From the NCBI GenBank assembly GCA_045603925.1, contig JAZUNB010000057.1:123-64122 (forward strand): a DNA stretch of 64,000 nt, read 5' to 3'. Position 1 is the stretch's first letter; each line of letters starts with the position of its first letter. Source of the stretch: Eubacteriales bacterium. Its GTDB lineage: Bacteria > Bacillota > Clostridia > Oscillospirales > QAKW01. Positions 47,492 through 57,625 of the stretch are shown in pieces. Both the position numbers and the translations under genes were made by a program. A model generated the notes under the pieces. It was not told the DNA's origin. It was given only the letters and a program-made list of their open reading frames with translations, and ran no database searches.

Positions 47492-47520
47492 TTGACAGTC
47501 CCTTGGATTTTCCTTAAAAT
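47492..47520 (+). promoter_or_regulatory. promoter of the lipoprotein gene
   Basis: TTGACA (47492-47497), a 17 nt spacer, then TAAAAT (47515-47520). Confidence 0.55.
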
Positions 47521-47565
47521 ATAAGTAGAAAGAACCATACCACCCACCGAAAGGAGGCTTTCCTT

Positions 47566-48567
47566 ATGAAACAACGGATCATTCTTTTGATGCTGGTCGC
47601 CGCCTGCATCCTCACCTGCGGCTGCAAGCAGGAAACCGATGATTTTGAGACCTTGCCCAATGCCGCCCTCGGCGCCCTTCCCCAAGAGGCCCCCGAAACA
47701 GAGATCGAGGAGGGCCCCAAAGAAGAACCCGCCGCGCCCACCCATCATAACGATCTGTTTCTTTCTTTTGAAAAAAAGGAAAACGGGGAAATCATCACCA
47801 CCCATTATGATTTCCATCAGCCTATGCCAAGAAGAACAAAGCCTGAGGTTGATTATATCTCACCCCCTTCTACCTACGATGAAGTAATGGATCGTATGGA
47901 AAAGAAGCAAGGCATTCTTGTGGCAGGGTATGCCTATGGGATCCGGGAGGGTCATTATAAACCGGATGCCGCCATCGATGAAGATACTTGGCAAATCGAA
48001 AGCGGCACAACCCGAACCCGTTTTAAGATCCAACATATATACTATGGTCAATGCCAAAGCGACGAGATCATTGTGGCTGAAAACTATGTGTTGCGGGAAG
48101 AAAACAGTAAGATCGTTTTCTTTTGCGCTTCCGGCGAAACAACCCATTTAAAGGATGATCGGTTGGTTTTACTGTATCTGATCCCCTATGGGAAGGAGCC
48201 CAATACATATTACCCCGTCTATAGAGAAGAATTAACCCTGGGCGAAGGTTATAACGACTTTGAGCGAGAAACCTATATTCGCCAATTGTGCGGATTTTAT
48301 CAAGGGGACCCGGCTATGTACCAATTTCCCGAAGGGCGTAAAGAAACCATATACATTCTTTTGGAAGACGGAACCTTTGCAGAAGAGACCACCTATGTTT
48401 CGGGTGCGGCAAAACCGCCTGAAATTAAATCCGACAATGAGATTTTAGAGGACTTGCTGAAAAAAGAAAACCGCGAAACAATGATGATTCGCACCGCATT
48501 GGAACATAAGGTGGCGATCTACCCGGAAGGGCATATCAAAAACCCCATAAAACAAAATGAAACATGA
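47566..48567 (+). CDS. putative lipoprotein, function unknown
   Basis: Signal peptide MKQRIILLMLVAACILTCGC and AGGAGG before the ATG. I recognise no family. Confidence 0.6.
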   Translation: MKQRIILLMLVAACILTCGCKQETDDFETLPNAALGALPQEAPETEIEEGPKEEPAAPTHHNDLFLSFEKKENGEIITTHYDFHQPMPRRTKPEVDYISPPSTYDEVMDRMEKKQGILVAGYAYGIREGHYKPDAAIDEDTWQIESGTTRTRFKIQHIYYGQCQSDEIIVAENYVLREENSKIVFFCASGETTHLKDDRLVLLYLIPYGKEPNTYYPVYREELTLGEGYNDFERETYIRQLCGFYQGDPAMYQFPEGRKETIYILLEDGTFAEETTYVSGAAKPPEIKSDNEILEDLLKKENRETMMIRTALEHKVAIYPEGHIKNPIKQNET

Positions 48568-48600
48568 TCTCTTTTTCCCCCAAAGGCATTCGATCAATCA

Positions 48601-48644
48601 AAAAAGGCTGTAAAAAAATCAATGATTTTTTACAGCCTTTTTTA
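48601..48644. terminator. long bidirectional hairpin
   Basis: AAAAAGGCTGTAAAAAAATC-aatg-ATTTTTTACAGCCTTTTTT, a near-copy of the hairpin at 6046-6084. Confidence 0.7.
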
Positions 48645-48647
48645 CTT

Positions 48648-51047
48648 TTATTTGATTTCGTCTAAATGCCAGATGTCTTCGGCGTATTCGCGGACCGCGC
48701 GGTCGGAGGCGAAGATGCCGGACTTGGCGATATTGATCAGCGACATCCGATTCCATTTCATGGGATCCTGATAGGTCTCATTGATCTTGGCCTGGGCCTC
48801 CTTATAGGCATTGAAATCTGCCAATACCATATAGGGATCGGGGCCGATGAGGTAACGGACGATGGACTCGAAGTTCTTGCCCGCAACCCCTTCCTTCAGA
48901 ATGGAATCCAGAAGATCCCGCATATGAGGATCGTTGCGATAAAGCTGATCGGCATGGTAGCCATCCCGCTTCCAGGCATTGACCTCGGGAGTGGTGAGGC
49001 CGAAGAGGAACATATTCTCATCGCCCACCTGCTGATGGATCTCCACATTGGCGCCATCCAGAGTACCGATGGTGAGGGCGCCGTTGATCATAAACTTCAT
49101 ATTACCGGTACCGCTGGCCTCTTTACCGGCCAGAGAGATCTGCTCGCTGACATCGGCGGCGGGCATCAGGATCTCGGCCAGAGAGACCTTATAATCGGCA
49201 AGGAAGACCACCTTCAGCATATCGCCCACATCGGGATCATTATTGATCATATCGCCCAGAGCGCAGATGAAGCGGATAATTTCTTTTGCCATTACATAGC
49301 CTGCAGAGGCCTTGGCACCGAAGATATAGGTATGGGGATAGATCTTCAGTCCCTCATACTTGATGCGGCGATAGAGATCATAGATATGCAGGGCGCAGAG
49401 CAGCTGGCGCTTATACTCATGCAACCGCTTGGCCTGCACATCAAAGATGGAATCGGGATTCACCTTGATGCCGCAGGAATCCTCAATATACTTGGCAAGG
49501 CGCAGTTTATTCTGCCGCTTGATGGCGGGAAGGCGCTCCAGCACCTTGGGATCATCGGCAAAGGCCATCAGCTTCTCCAGCTCGGCGCCGTTTTTCACAA
49601 ACCCATCGCCGATCAACTCCTTGATCAGATCGGTCAGCCAGGGGTTGGACTCGCAGAGCCAGCGGCGATGCACGATACCGTTGGTCACATTGGTGAGCTT
49701 GCCGGGGAAAATATCATGATAATCCTTAAAGAGATCGGTCTTGAGAATATCGCTGTGGAGAGCGGAAACACCGTTGACGCTATAGCAGCAGGCCACGCAG
49801 AGGTTGGCCATCCGCACCATTCCATCGCCGATGACCGCCAGCTGATCGATAACGCCCCGCTTTTCGGGATGGTCATTATAAACCATCTCGCAGAAACGGC
49901 GGTTGATCTCCTGCACAATAGTATAAATACGGGGCAGTCTGCCGGAGAAGAGATCAATGGACCATTTCTCCAGCGCCTCGCTCATAACGGTATGGTTGGT
50001 ATAGGCCAGAGTATGGCAGGTGATCTCCCAGGCGGCATCCCAATCGTAGCCGTGATCGTCCATCAAAAGGCGCATCAGCTCGGGAACGCAGAGGGCGGGA
50101 TGGGTATCGTTGATATGCACCACCACTTTATCAGCCAGGTTATCCAAAGTGCCGTATTTCTTCAGATGCTCGGCAAGGATATTCTGCAAGGATGCGCTGA
50201 CAAAGAAATATTGCTGGCGCAGGCGCAGACTTTTACCTTCCTCATGATCATCAGCGGGATAGAGCACGCGGGAGATGGCTTCTGCTTTGGCATCTCCCTC
50301 GCAGCTCTTGAGGTATTCACCCCGGGAGAAGAGGGACATATCAAAGTTATCCAGACTCTTGGCGCCCCAAAGACGCAGTTTATTAACGATCTTGGAATCA
50401 TAACCGGAAATCAAAAGATCATAGGGAACGGCGAGAACCTTATAATAATTCTTATGAACGGTCTTCAGGCCGTCGCTGCTCCAGAGCTCTTCCACTTCAC
50501 CGTCGAAATGAATCTCCTGGGCCTCATCGGGGCGGGGAACCAGCCAGCCGCCGCCCAGCTCCAGCCAGTTATCGGGGAATTCCATCTGCCAGCCATCAAT
50601 GATGACCTGCTTAAAGATGCCGAACTCATAGCGGATGGAAAAGCCGGTGGCAGGATAGTTGCAGGCGGTAAGGGAATCCAGATAGCAAGCCGCCAGACGG
50701 CCGAGACCGCCGTTGCCGAGGCCTGCATCGGGCTCCATCTCATAAAGGGCATCCAGATCGGTATTCATCTCCTTGAGCACTGCGCGGACATCCTCTTCGA
50801 TCCCCATATTATAGAGATTGTTCTTGAGGGAGCGGCCGATCAGGAACTCCATGGACATATAGTAGACCTGCTTTGCCTCCTGCTTCTTCATTTCTTTCTT
50901 GGCAGTACGGCGGCGATTCTGCAGCTCCTGCAAAACAAAGCTGACCACACCCTCATACATCTGCCGGTTGGTGGCGTCCTCCGCATCGCAAGCGAACTTT
51001 TTCGCGAGGACCGCCTGAATCTGTTCTTTGATTTCCGTTTGGGTCAT
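48648..51047 (-). CDS. glgP: glycogen/maltodextrin phosphorylase
   Basis: PLP-lysine region EASGTGNMKFMINGA; 799 aa. Confidence 0.95.
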   Translation of the reverse strand: MTQTEIKEQIQAVLAKKFACDAEDATNRQMYEGVVSFVLQELQNRRRTAKKEMKKQEAKQVYYMSMEFLIGRSLKNNLYNMGIEEDVRAVLKEMNTDLDALYEMEPDAGLGNGGLGRLAACYLDSLTACNYPATGFSIRYEFGIFKQVIIDGWQMEFPDNWLELGGGWLVPRPDEAQEIHFDGEVEELWSSDGLKTVHKNYYKVLAVPYDLLISGYDSKIVNKLRLWGAKSLDNFDMSLFSRGEYLKSCEGDAKAEAISRVLYPADDHEEGKSLRLRQQYFFVSASLQNILAEHLKKYGTLDNLADKVVVHINDTHPALCVPELMRLLMDDHGYDWDAAWEITCHTLAYTNHTVMSEALEKWSIDLFSGRLPRIYTIVQEINRRFCEMVYNDHPEKRGVIDQLAVIGDGMVRMANLCVACCYSVNGVSALHSDILKTDLFKDYHDIFPGKLTNVTNGIVHRRWLCESNPWLTDLIKELIGDGFVKNGAELEKLMAFADDPKVLERLPAIKRQNKLRLAKYIEDSCGIKVNPDSIFDVQAKRLHEYKRQLLCALHIYDLYRRIKYEGLKIYPHTYIFGAKASAGYVMAKEIIRFICALGDMINNDPDVGDMLKVVFLADYKVSLAEILMPAADVSEQISLAGKEASGTGNMKFMINGALTIGTLDGANVEIHQQVGDENMFLFGLTTPEVNAWKRDGYHADQLYRNDPHMRDLLDSILKEGVAGKNFESIVRYLIGPDPYMVLADFNAYKEAQAKINETYQDPMKWNRMSLINIAKSGIFASDRAVREYAEDIWHLDEIK

Positions 51048-51065
51048 GTGTTTCTCCTTGTTGAA

Positions 51066-52484
51066 TTATATTCCTTTGTAAAGATCCTGATAGGCCTTTA
51101 CGCTGGGACCCCAACTGTAGTCCCCCGCCATGGCATTGGCGCGGGCGCAGTCGAAATGGGTCTTATCTCCGAAGAGCTCCATGGCGCGCCAGAGCGCGTG
51201 GGAGAGATCCTCCGGATGAAAGCTTTGGAAGGTGATGCCCCGCCCGCTCTTTTCCTCGGGATTATAGGGGATCACAGTATCGGCGAGACCGCCGGTGGTA
51301 TGAACGATGGGCAAGGTGCCGTAGCGCATGGCGATCATCTGGGCCAGGCCGCAGGGCTCAAACTCGCTGGGCATCATAAAGAAATCGCAGCCTGCATAGA
51401 TCCGCTGGGCCAGAGCACCGTCAAAAGCCAGGCAGGCCCGCAGGTTTTCGGGATGGCGGTCGGCGCAGTCTCTTAAGAACTGCTCATAGACCGCATCACC
51501 GGTCCCCAATACCACCACCTGAACCTTTTGATCCGCCAGCCAGTCCAGCTTCTCCTTCACCAGCTCCATGCCCTTCTGATGGGTCAGACGGGTCACCATC
51601 CCGAAGAGGGGAACCTCATCGGTCTCGGGCAGACCCAGCTCCTTCTGGAGGGCTTTTTTATTCTCCACCTTGAATTTCAAGGTATCCATCGTATAGTTGC
51701 GGGCGATCCGCGGATCGGTCTCGGGATCGAAGAGATCGGTATCAATGCCGTTGAGAATGCCCGATACCTTATAGGAGCGGGCCTGCAGAATATGCTCCAG
51801 CCCGCAGGATTTGGGCGGACTCATGATCTCCTCGGCATAGCGCTTGGAAACGGTGGTCACCCGATCGGAGCACTCAATGGCGCCCTTCATCAGGTTGATG
51901 CAGTTATCATAATAGAGCAGGGGCTTTACCTGCTCGTCCAAGCCGAATACATTCCCCAGAATATAGGGATCATACTTGCCCTGGAACTCGATGTTATGAA
52001 TGGTAAAGACCGTACGGATGTTTTCATATCCGGGGCGCTCCCGGAATTGGGTATCCAGCAGGACCGGCACCAAAGCGGTATGCCAATCGTTGCAATGGAG
52101 CACATCGGGGAAGAAATCGATCAGCGGCAGGCATTCCAGAATCCCGCGGGAGAAGAAGGCAAACCGCTCACCGTCATCATAAGCCCCATAGGTCTCGGGA
52201 CGGTTGAAATAATACTCATTATCCAGAAGATAATAGGTCACCCCGTCTACCTTGGCCTCAAAGATGCCGCAATATTGGCTGCGCCAGGAATTATAGAAAT
52301 AAAAATGGGTACGGTAGGTACATTGCGCCTTCAAGCTTTCGGCGATGGCGCCGTAATAAGGCATAATGACCCTTACATCATCGCCTGCGCGGCAAAGGGC
52401 CTTGGGCAAAGCCCCCGCCACATCGCCGAGCCCCCCTACTTTAATAAAGGGAGCGGCCTCGCTGGCAGCATATAAGATCTTCAT
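51066..52484 (-). CDS. glgA: glycogen synthase
   Basis: N terminus MKILYAASEAAPFIKVGGLGDVAG. Confidence 0.95.
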   Translation of the reverse strand: MKILYAASEAAPFIKVGGLGDVAGALPKALCRAGDDVRVIMPYYGAIAESLKAQCTYRTHFYFYNSWRSQYCGIFEAKVDGVTYYLLDNEYYFNRPETYGAYDDGERFAFFSRGILECLPLIDFFPDVLHCNDWHTALVPVLLDTQFRERPGYENIRTVFTIHNIEFQGKYDPYILGNVFGLDEQVKPLLYYDNCINLMKGAIECSDRVTTVSKRYAEEIMSPPKSCGLEHILQARSYKVSGILNGIDTDLFDPETDPRIARNYTMDTLKFKVENKKALQKELGLPETDEVPLFGMVTRLTHQKGMELVKEKLDWLADQKVQVVVLGTGDAVYEQFLRDCADRHPENLRACLAFDGALAQRIYAGCDFFMMPSEFEPCGLAQMIAMRYGTLPIVHTTGGLADTVIPYNPEEKSGRGITFQSFHPEDLSHALWRAMELFGDKTHFDCARANAMAGDYSWGPSVKAYQDLYKGI

Positions 52485-53599
52485 ACTGTTTTACCCTTTC
52501 CGATCACAAAGGGAAGCTTTACGGCACCCCGCAACTCATTCCCCTCGGTTACCTTCACATTCTTATCGGTGATCACACGGCTGACGCGGGCATCCTTCCC
52601 CACCTTGGTATTCTGCATCAGGATGGAATTCTCTACCACTGCGCCTTCCTCTACGGTTACCCCGCGGAACAGTACCGAATTGCGAACGGTGCCCTTAATG
52701 GTGCAACCGTCTGCGATCAAGCTGTTTTCCACCTCGGCATTATAGTCGTAGAAGGTGGGCACCGAGTCCTTCACCTTGGTATAGACAGGGCGCTCGGGAG
52801 CAAAGAGATCCTTTTTGAGCTCCGGATTTAGCATATCCATACTTGCGGAGAAATAATCCTCCACTCCCCGCATAATGCGGGCATAGCTGTCATGGCGGTA
52901 ACCATAGATCTTACGGGAGCCCAGATTCATCTGGATCAACTCCCTATTCATATTAGTATAATCGTTATTATCGGCTTCGTCAAGAAATTCCAGCAAATCT
53001 TTTCTTCCCATAATGTATGCGCCGATGGCAAAGGGGTGGCTCTTCTCACAGGGCTCATGGAGATAAGATACGCCCGATACCGTTCCGTCTTTTTCAAGCT
53101 CCAGGATCATCTCCCCGACTCCGGCGGGAATCTCACTGTAGGCGATGGTCAGATAAGCATCGTTTTTCCGATGCTCCTCCATCATGGCGGAAAGGTCGAT
53201 ATTGGCAACCGTACCGCCGAAGGTCATCACCACCAGATCATGCTTACTGTCCTTAATAAAGCCCTTGATGGAACGCAAAGCATCCAACCGACCTCTGGCA
53301 AAGATGCTATGGCTTTCGGGACGGGAAAGGGGAGTCAGCATGGTAATACCGCCGCGACGACGGTTGAGATCCCATTCGGCACCGCTGTCCAGATGATGGA
53401 TCAGAGAACCGAAGTTTTCCTTGGCAATAACACCGATATCTTTAATTCCAGCATTTACCATATCGGAAAGGGTAAAGTCGATGAGGCGGAACCGTCCGCC
53501 AAAGGGAACAGAAGCCGGGGTACGCACCTTGGTCAGCTCCGATTTTTGCTCTAAAGCAGAAAAATAATGGTCACAAAATACAATTCCTAATGCGCTCAT
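52481..53599 (-). CDS. glgD: glucose-1-phosphate adenylyltransferase subunit GlgD
   Basis: GlgC paralogue lacking the GGxGxRL motif, placed between glgC and glgA as in Firmicutes. Confidence 0.85.
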   Translation of the reverse strand: MSALGIVFCDHYFSALEQKSELTKVRTPASVPFGGRFRLIDFTLSDMVNAGIKDIGVIAKENFGSLIHHLDSGAEWDLNRRRGGITMLTPLSRPESHSIFARGRLDALRSIKGFIKDSKHDLVVMTFGGTVANIDLSAMMEEHRKNDAYLTIAYSEIPAGVGEMILELEKDGTVSGVSYLHEPCEKSHPFAIGAYIMGRKDLLEFLDEADNNDYTNMNRELIQMNLGSRKIYGYRHDSYARIMRGVEDYFSASMDMLNPELKKDLFAPERPVYTKVKDSVPTFYDYNAEVENSLIADGCTIKGTVRNSVLFRGVTVEEGAVVENSILMQNTKVGKDARVSRVITDKNVKVTEGNELRGAVKLPFVIGKGKTV

Positions 53600-53601
53600 G
53601 A

Positions 53602-54816
53602 TTACAGTTCCTCCCTTCCGGTATTGGGCTTGATCATTTCATTGGGGGCAACCACCTGGCCGGCCTTCACGACCGCGCCGGAGCCGATTACGGCAATGCC
53701 CCATTCGCCTTCATAATTCTCAGGCTCGGCGCCGATGACCGCGCCGTCTTCGATCACCGCATCGGCGGCGATAATGGCATATTTGATGGTGCAATTCTTC
53801 CCGATCTTTGCATCCTGCATCACCACTGCGGAATTGAGGGTGGTCCCCTCCTCAATGGAGACGCCCGAGAAGAGCACACTGTACCAAAGGTCACAGCCTG
53901 TCAGCGAGCAGTTTTCGGTCACCAGCGATTCCCCGATCTTGACCCCCTTGCCGATATACTGGGGCATCAGGTTATGGTCATGGCGGGCATAGATCCGCCA
54001 GGAGGGGTCGGAGAGATTCAAGGGGATGCGGGGATTGAGCAGATCCATATTGGCTTCCCAGAGGGATTCAATGGTACCCACATCCTTCCAGTAACCGTCA
54101 AAGGGATAGGCAAACATCCGCTCACCGGCATTCAGCATCTTGGGCAATACATCCTTGCCGAAATCCTTGGAGCTTTCGGGATCCTTCTCATCCTCGATGA
54201 GATAATGGCGCAGCTTTTCCCAGGTAAAGATATAAATACCCATGGAAGCCCGATCGGACTTGGGCTTGGCGGGCTTCTCCTCAAATTCATAGATCTTATC
54301 GTTCTCATCGGCATTCACAATACCGAAGCGGCTGGCCTCCTCGATGGGCACCTGCAGAGTGGCGATGGTGGCATCGGCATGATTGGCCTTATGGAAATCC
54401 AGCATCTTGCTGTAGTCCATCTTATAAACATGGTCGCCCGAGAGGATCAATACATATTCCGGCTGATACTTCTCAATAAACTCAATGTTCTGATAGATGG
54501 CATTGGCGGTACCGGCATACCATTCTCCGCCCTTGACCGAAGCATAGGGAGGCAGGATATGTACACCGCCGTTCATCCGATCCAGATCCCAGGGCTGACC
54601 GTTGCCGATATAGGAATGGAGCTCTAAAGGTCTGTATTGGGTCAATACACCCACCGTATCAATGCCGGAATTGGTGCAGTTGGACAGCGGAAAATCGATG
54701 ATCCGATACTTTCCGCCGAAGGGGACGGCAGGCTTTGCCATCTCCTGAGTCAATACATAAAGGCGGCTGCCCTGACCGCCTGCCAGCAGCATGGCCAGCA
54801 TTTCTTTTCTTTTCAT
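53602..54816 (-). CDS. glgC: glucose-1-phosphate adenylyltransferase
   Basis: [20 protein letters not shown], and C-terminal LbH repeats. Confidence 0.94.
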   Translation of the reverse strand: MKRKEMLAMLLAGGQGSRLYVLTQEMAKPAVPFGGKYRIIDFPLSNCTNSGIDTVGVLTQYRPLELHSYIGNGQPWDLDRMNGGVHILPPYASVKGGEWYAGTANAIYQNIEFIEKYQPEYVLILSGDHVYKMDYSKMLDFHKANHADATIATLQVPIEEASRFGIVNADENDKIYEFEEKPAKPKSDRASMGIYIFTWEKLRHYLIEDEKDPESSKDFGKDVLPKMLNAGERMFAYPFDGYWKDVGTIESLWEANMDLLNPRIPLNLSDPSWRIYARHDHNLMPQYIGKGVKIGESLVTENCSLTGCDLWYSVLFSGVSIEEGTTLNSAVVMQDAKIGKNCTIKYAIIAADAVIEDGAVIGAEPENYEGEWGIAVIGSGAVVKAGQVVAPNEMIKPNTGREEL

Positions 54817-55041
54817 ATCTGCTCCTTTCTTTTTTGCCTAAGGCGCGCAAAAAAGTGTTATATTAATACATACTAATATTATACTCCTTTTATGTAAAAA
54901 AGGAACCAACATTTTGTCGTTTCACAGCAAAATCCATTATTTGCATAAAAACTGCCTCCCGTTTTTGGTTATTTTGCACAAATTGTTTGTTCGTTTTTAT
55001 TCAAAATTGGCATATATTCCAAAACAACTTTTTCTCAAGAC

Positions 55042-55070
55042 TTGACGAAAGGGCGAAAAAAGCATATTAT
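55042..55070 (+). promoter_or_regulatory. promoter placed for a leaderless GH13 mRNA
   Basis: TTGACG (55042-55047), a 17 nt spacer, then TATTAT (55065-55070). The ATG at 55077 lies 7 nt after the -10, and there is no SD. Confidence 0.5.
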
Positions 55071-55076
55071 TATAGT

Positions 55077-56897
55077 ATGGTATACTTTAACAGCAGAGAA
55101 ATTGAATACAAGGAGCCCTTCGGCGCCCTGCGGGCGGGAGACCCCTTGCGGCTGCGGGTGGTTCTGGAGGGGGAGCCCTCCTGCCGGCATATCCATGCAG
55201 TCTTCCGCTATGAAGACGGTACCGACATCTTAAAGATTCTGGAGCGGCAGGGCAAGAGCGATTGCTTTGAGGGCACCTTCACCTTAGAGAAGGCAGGCCT
55301 TTGCTTTTACCGCTTTGAGCTGGAAAAAGAGGATGGCACCTATCTCTTCATCGGTACGGCAGACGGAGTCCATGCCGCCATCGGCGACTGGCTGCCCGAA
55401 TGGCGGCTGACGGTCTATGAGCGGGATTTTGAGACCCCCGAAGAATTGGCGGGCGGCATCTGGTATCAGATCTTTCCCGACCGCTTCTGCAAAAAAGAAG
55501 GAGTTGCCGTGGGAGAGATCCGCGGCAAGCGGATCTACCACGATAAATGGGACGAGCGCCCCTTATTCACCCAGGACCGCCCCGATTTTGCCGGCAACGA
55601 CTTTTTCGGCGGCAACCTGCCCGGCATCACCGAAAAGCTTCCCTACCTCAAGGAATTGGGGGTAGATCTTTTATACCTCAACCCCATTTTTGAGAGCGGC
55701 GAAAACCATCGCTACAGCACCGCGGATTACGAAAAGATCGACCCTCTTTTGGGCACCAACGAGGATTTTGAGATCCTCTGCAAGGAGGCAAAAAAGCTGG
55801 GCATCCGCGTTGTTTTAGACGGTGTTTTTTCCCACACGGGAGCCAACAGCCGCTATTTCAATAAAGAGGGGCTGTACCCCGATCCGGGTGCTTATCAGAG
55901 CCCCGACTCCCCCTATTACCATTGGTATGATTTCAAGGACTATCCCGACCGCTATGATTGCTGGTGGGGCTTTGAGACCCTGCCCTGCGTCAATGAGCTT
56001 TCCCCTGATTTTATGGACTATATCAGCGGCGAGGAAGGGATTGCCAAAAAATGGATGGACAAGGGAGCCTACGGCTGGCGCCTGGATGTTGCCGACGAAC
56101 TGCCCGACGGATTTCTGGAGGCCTTCCGCAAGCGGGTAAAGGCCACCGATCCCCAAAGCATCATCATCGGGGAGGTCTGGGAAAACGCAGTGGAAAAGGT
56201 CAGCTACGGCGCCCGCCGCAAATTCCTTTTGGGCAACCAATGCGACACGGTGATGAACTACCCCTGGCTCAATGCCATTCTGGCCCTTTTAAAGACCAAG
56301 GATACCCGCAAATTCTATAGCCGCGTTATGGAGCTGATGGAGGGCTATCCCCCGCCGGCCCTTCAATGCCTGATGAATATTCTGTCCACCCACGATACCC
56401 CGCGGTTCCTCAACCGCCTGGCGGTAGACAGTATTCCCCCGCGAGCCGCCCAGGCGGATAATTATCTTACGGAGGAGCAGCGGAAAACAGCGCTTGCTTT
56501 AATGAAAAAGGCTGCCATCCTGCAGTTCACCCTGCCGGGGATCCCCTGCATCTTCTATGGGGATGAGATCGGTATGGAGGGCTACGGCGATCTCTATTGC
56601 CGCGGCACCTATCCCTGGGGCGGCGGCGAGCAGGAGCTTTTAGCCTTCTATCGGAAGCTTGGCAACCTGCGGTTGCGCTTCCGCGAGGCCTTTAAGGGCG
56701 ACTGTATCTTCCGCAGCTGTAAAGACGGGAAATTAGTATTGGAGCGGGGAGATACCATCCGCCTGGCCATGAATTTTTCCGACGGTCCCATGGCGGTGGA
56801 GGGAACCCCCTTGCTGACCGAGGGCGCCGCCGAAGGCTTTCTCCTGCCGGGGGGCTTCGGCTGGTATCAGCTTTCCTTTATAAAGCATAACTTTTAG
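55077..56897 (+). CDS. GH13 alpha-glycosidase (neopullulanase/cyclomaltodextrinase-like)
   Basis: GH13 regions I-IV are present: LDGVFSHTG, GWRLDVADE, IIGEVWE, ILSTHDTPR. Confidence 0.88.
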   Translation: MVYFNSREIEYKEPFGALRAGDPLRLRVVLEGEPSCRHIHAVFRYEDGTDILKILERQGKSDCFEGTFTLEKAGLCFYRFELEKEDGTYLFIGTADGVHAAIGDWLPEWRLTVYERDFETPEELAGGIWYQIFPDRFCKKEGVAVGEIRGKRIYHDKWDERPLFTQDRPDFAGNDFFGGNLPGITEKLPYLKELGVDLLYLNPIFESGENHRYSTADYEKIDPLLGTNEDFEILCKEAKKLGIRVVLDGVFSHTGANSRYFNKEGLYPDPGAYQSPDSPYYHWYDFKDYPDRYDCWWGFETLPCVNELSPDFMDYISGEEGIAKKWMDKGAYGWRLDVADELPDGFLEAFRKRVKATDPQSIIIGEVWENAVEKVSYGARRKFLLGNQCDTVMNYPWLNAILALLKTKDTRKFYSRVMELMEGYPPPALQCLMNILSTHDTPRFLNRLAVDSIPPRAAQADNYLTEEQRKTALALMKKAAILQFTLPGIPCIFYGDEIGMEGYGDLYCRGTYPWGGGEQELLAFYRKLGNLRLRFREAFKGDCIFRSCKDGKLVLERGDTIRLAMNFSDGPMAVEGTPLLTEGAAEGFLLPGGFGWYQLSFIKHNF

Positions 56898-56926
56898 TTG
56901 ACAATAGTATATTAAAGTAGTATACT
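56898..56926 (+). promoter_or_regulatory. promoter of the DUF47-pit operon
   Basis: TTGACA (56898-56903), a 17 nt spacer, then TATACT (56921-56926). The inverted repeat AATAGTATA/TATACTATT is embedded. Confidence 0.6.
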
Positions 56927-56961
56927 ATTCGAATAAAATAATTCATTTGGAGGGATTACAA

Positions 56962-57609
56962 ATGTTCAAGAAAAACGATGTTAGCGCTCTGATCATGGAG
57001 CAGCTGAAGGATGTGGAAGGGTGCCTGATCAATTTTGAGAATTATATGCGCGCCGCCGCCACTCCCGAGACCGCCCAGGAGACCTTGAAGTCTCTGGCTG
57101 AGGGTGTGTTCCAGATGGAGGGCGCCGCCGACCGTTCTCTGGCCGCTATGATCGAATCCTTGGGAAACGGCTCCATGCTGCCTTCCACCAAAGAGGATCT
57201 GATCAATATTGCCACCAGCTGTGATAAGATCGCCAATAAGTGCGAGCATCTGGCCATGATGATGACGGTGCAGAACTTCCGCTTCCCCGCTCAGTATCTG
57301 GAAGATATCAATAAGATCCTCACCATCACCCATGAAGAGTTTGAGGTGCTGGAAAAGGCCATTAAGCGTCTGTTCGCCAAGTTCGGCGAGCTGCTGAAGG
57401 ACCACAGCATTCTTTATGAAGTCCGCGAGCTGGAATCTCAGGTGGATAAGATCGAGCTGAAGCTTTATGCCAATATCTTTGCCCTGGATCTGGATCTGGC
57501 TCATCAGACCCAGATCGCCAATTTCGTGGATCTGCTTTGCGACCTTTCCGATATTATCGAAAATATCGCCGACAACATTCAGATTATGTTGATCACCAGA
57601 AAGGCGTAA
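56962..57609 (+). CDS. DUF47 (PhoU-like) phosphate transport regulator
   Basis: 215-aa helical protein immediately upstream of PiT; GGAGGG before the ATG at 56962. Confidence 0.75.
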   Translation: MFKKNDVSALIMEQLKDVEGCLINFENYMRAAATPETAQETLKSLAEGVFQMEGAADRSLAAMIESLGNGSMLPSTKEDLINIATSCDKIANKCEHLAMMMTVQNFRFPAQYLEDINKILTITHEEFEVLEKAIKRLFAKFGELLKDHSILYEVRELESQVDKIELKLYANIFALDLDLAHQTQIANFVDLLCDLSDIIENIADNIQIMLITRKA

Positions 57610-57625
57610 AGGACGGTAAAGAAAA

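Noticed and set aside
48666-51476. 936-aa plus-strand ORF, plus the 315-aa ORF at 51528-52475.
   Set aside because: They are antisense to glgP and glgA, whose products carry unmistakable motifs. The ORF even runs across the glgP-glgA intergenic gap, as expected for a chance open antisense frame.
54817-55040. Possible catabolite-responsive element (cre) upstream of glgC (TGTGAAACGACAAA on the minus strand).
   Set aside because: The central CG is out of register with the cre consensus TGWAANCGNTNWCA by one position.
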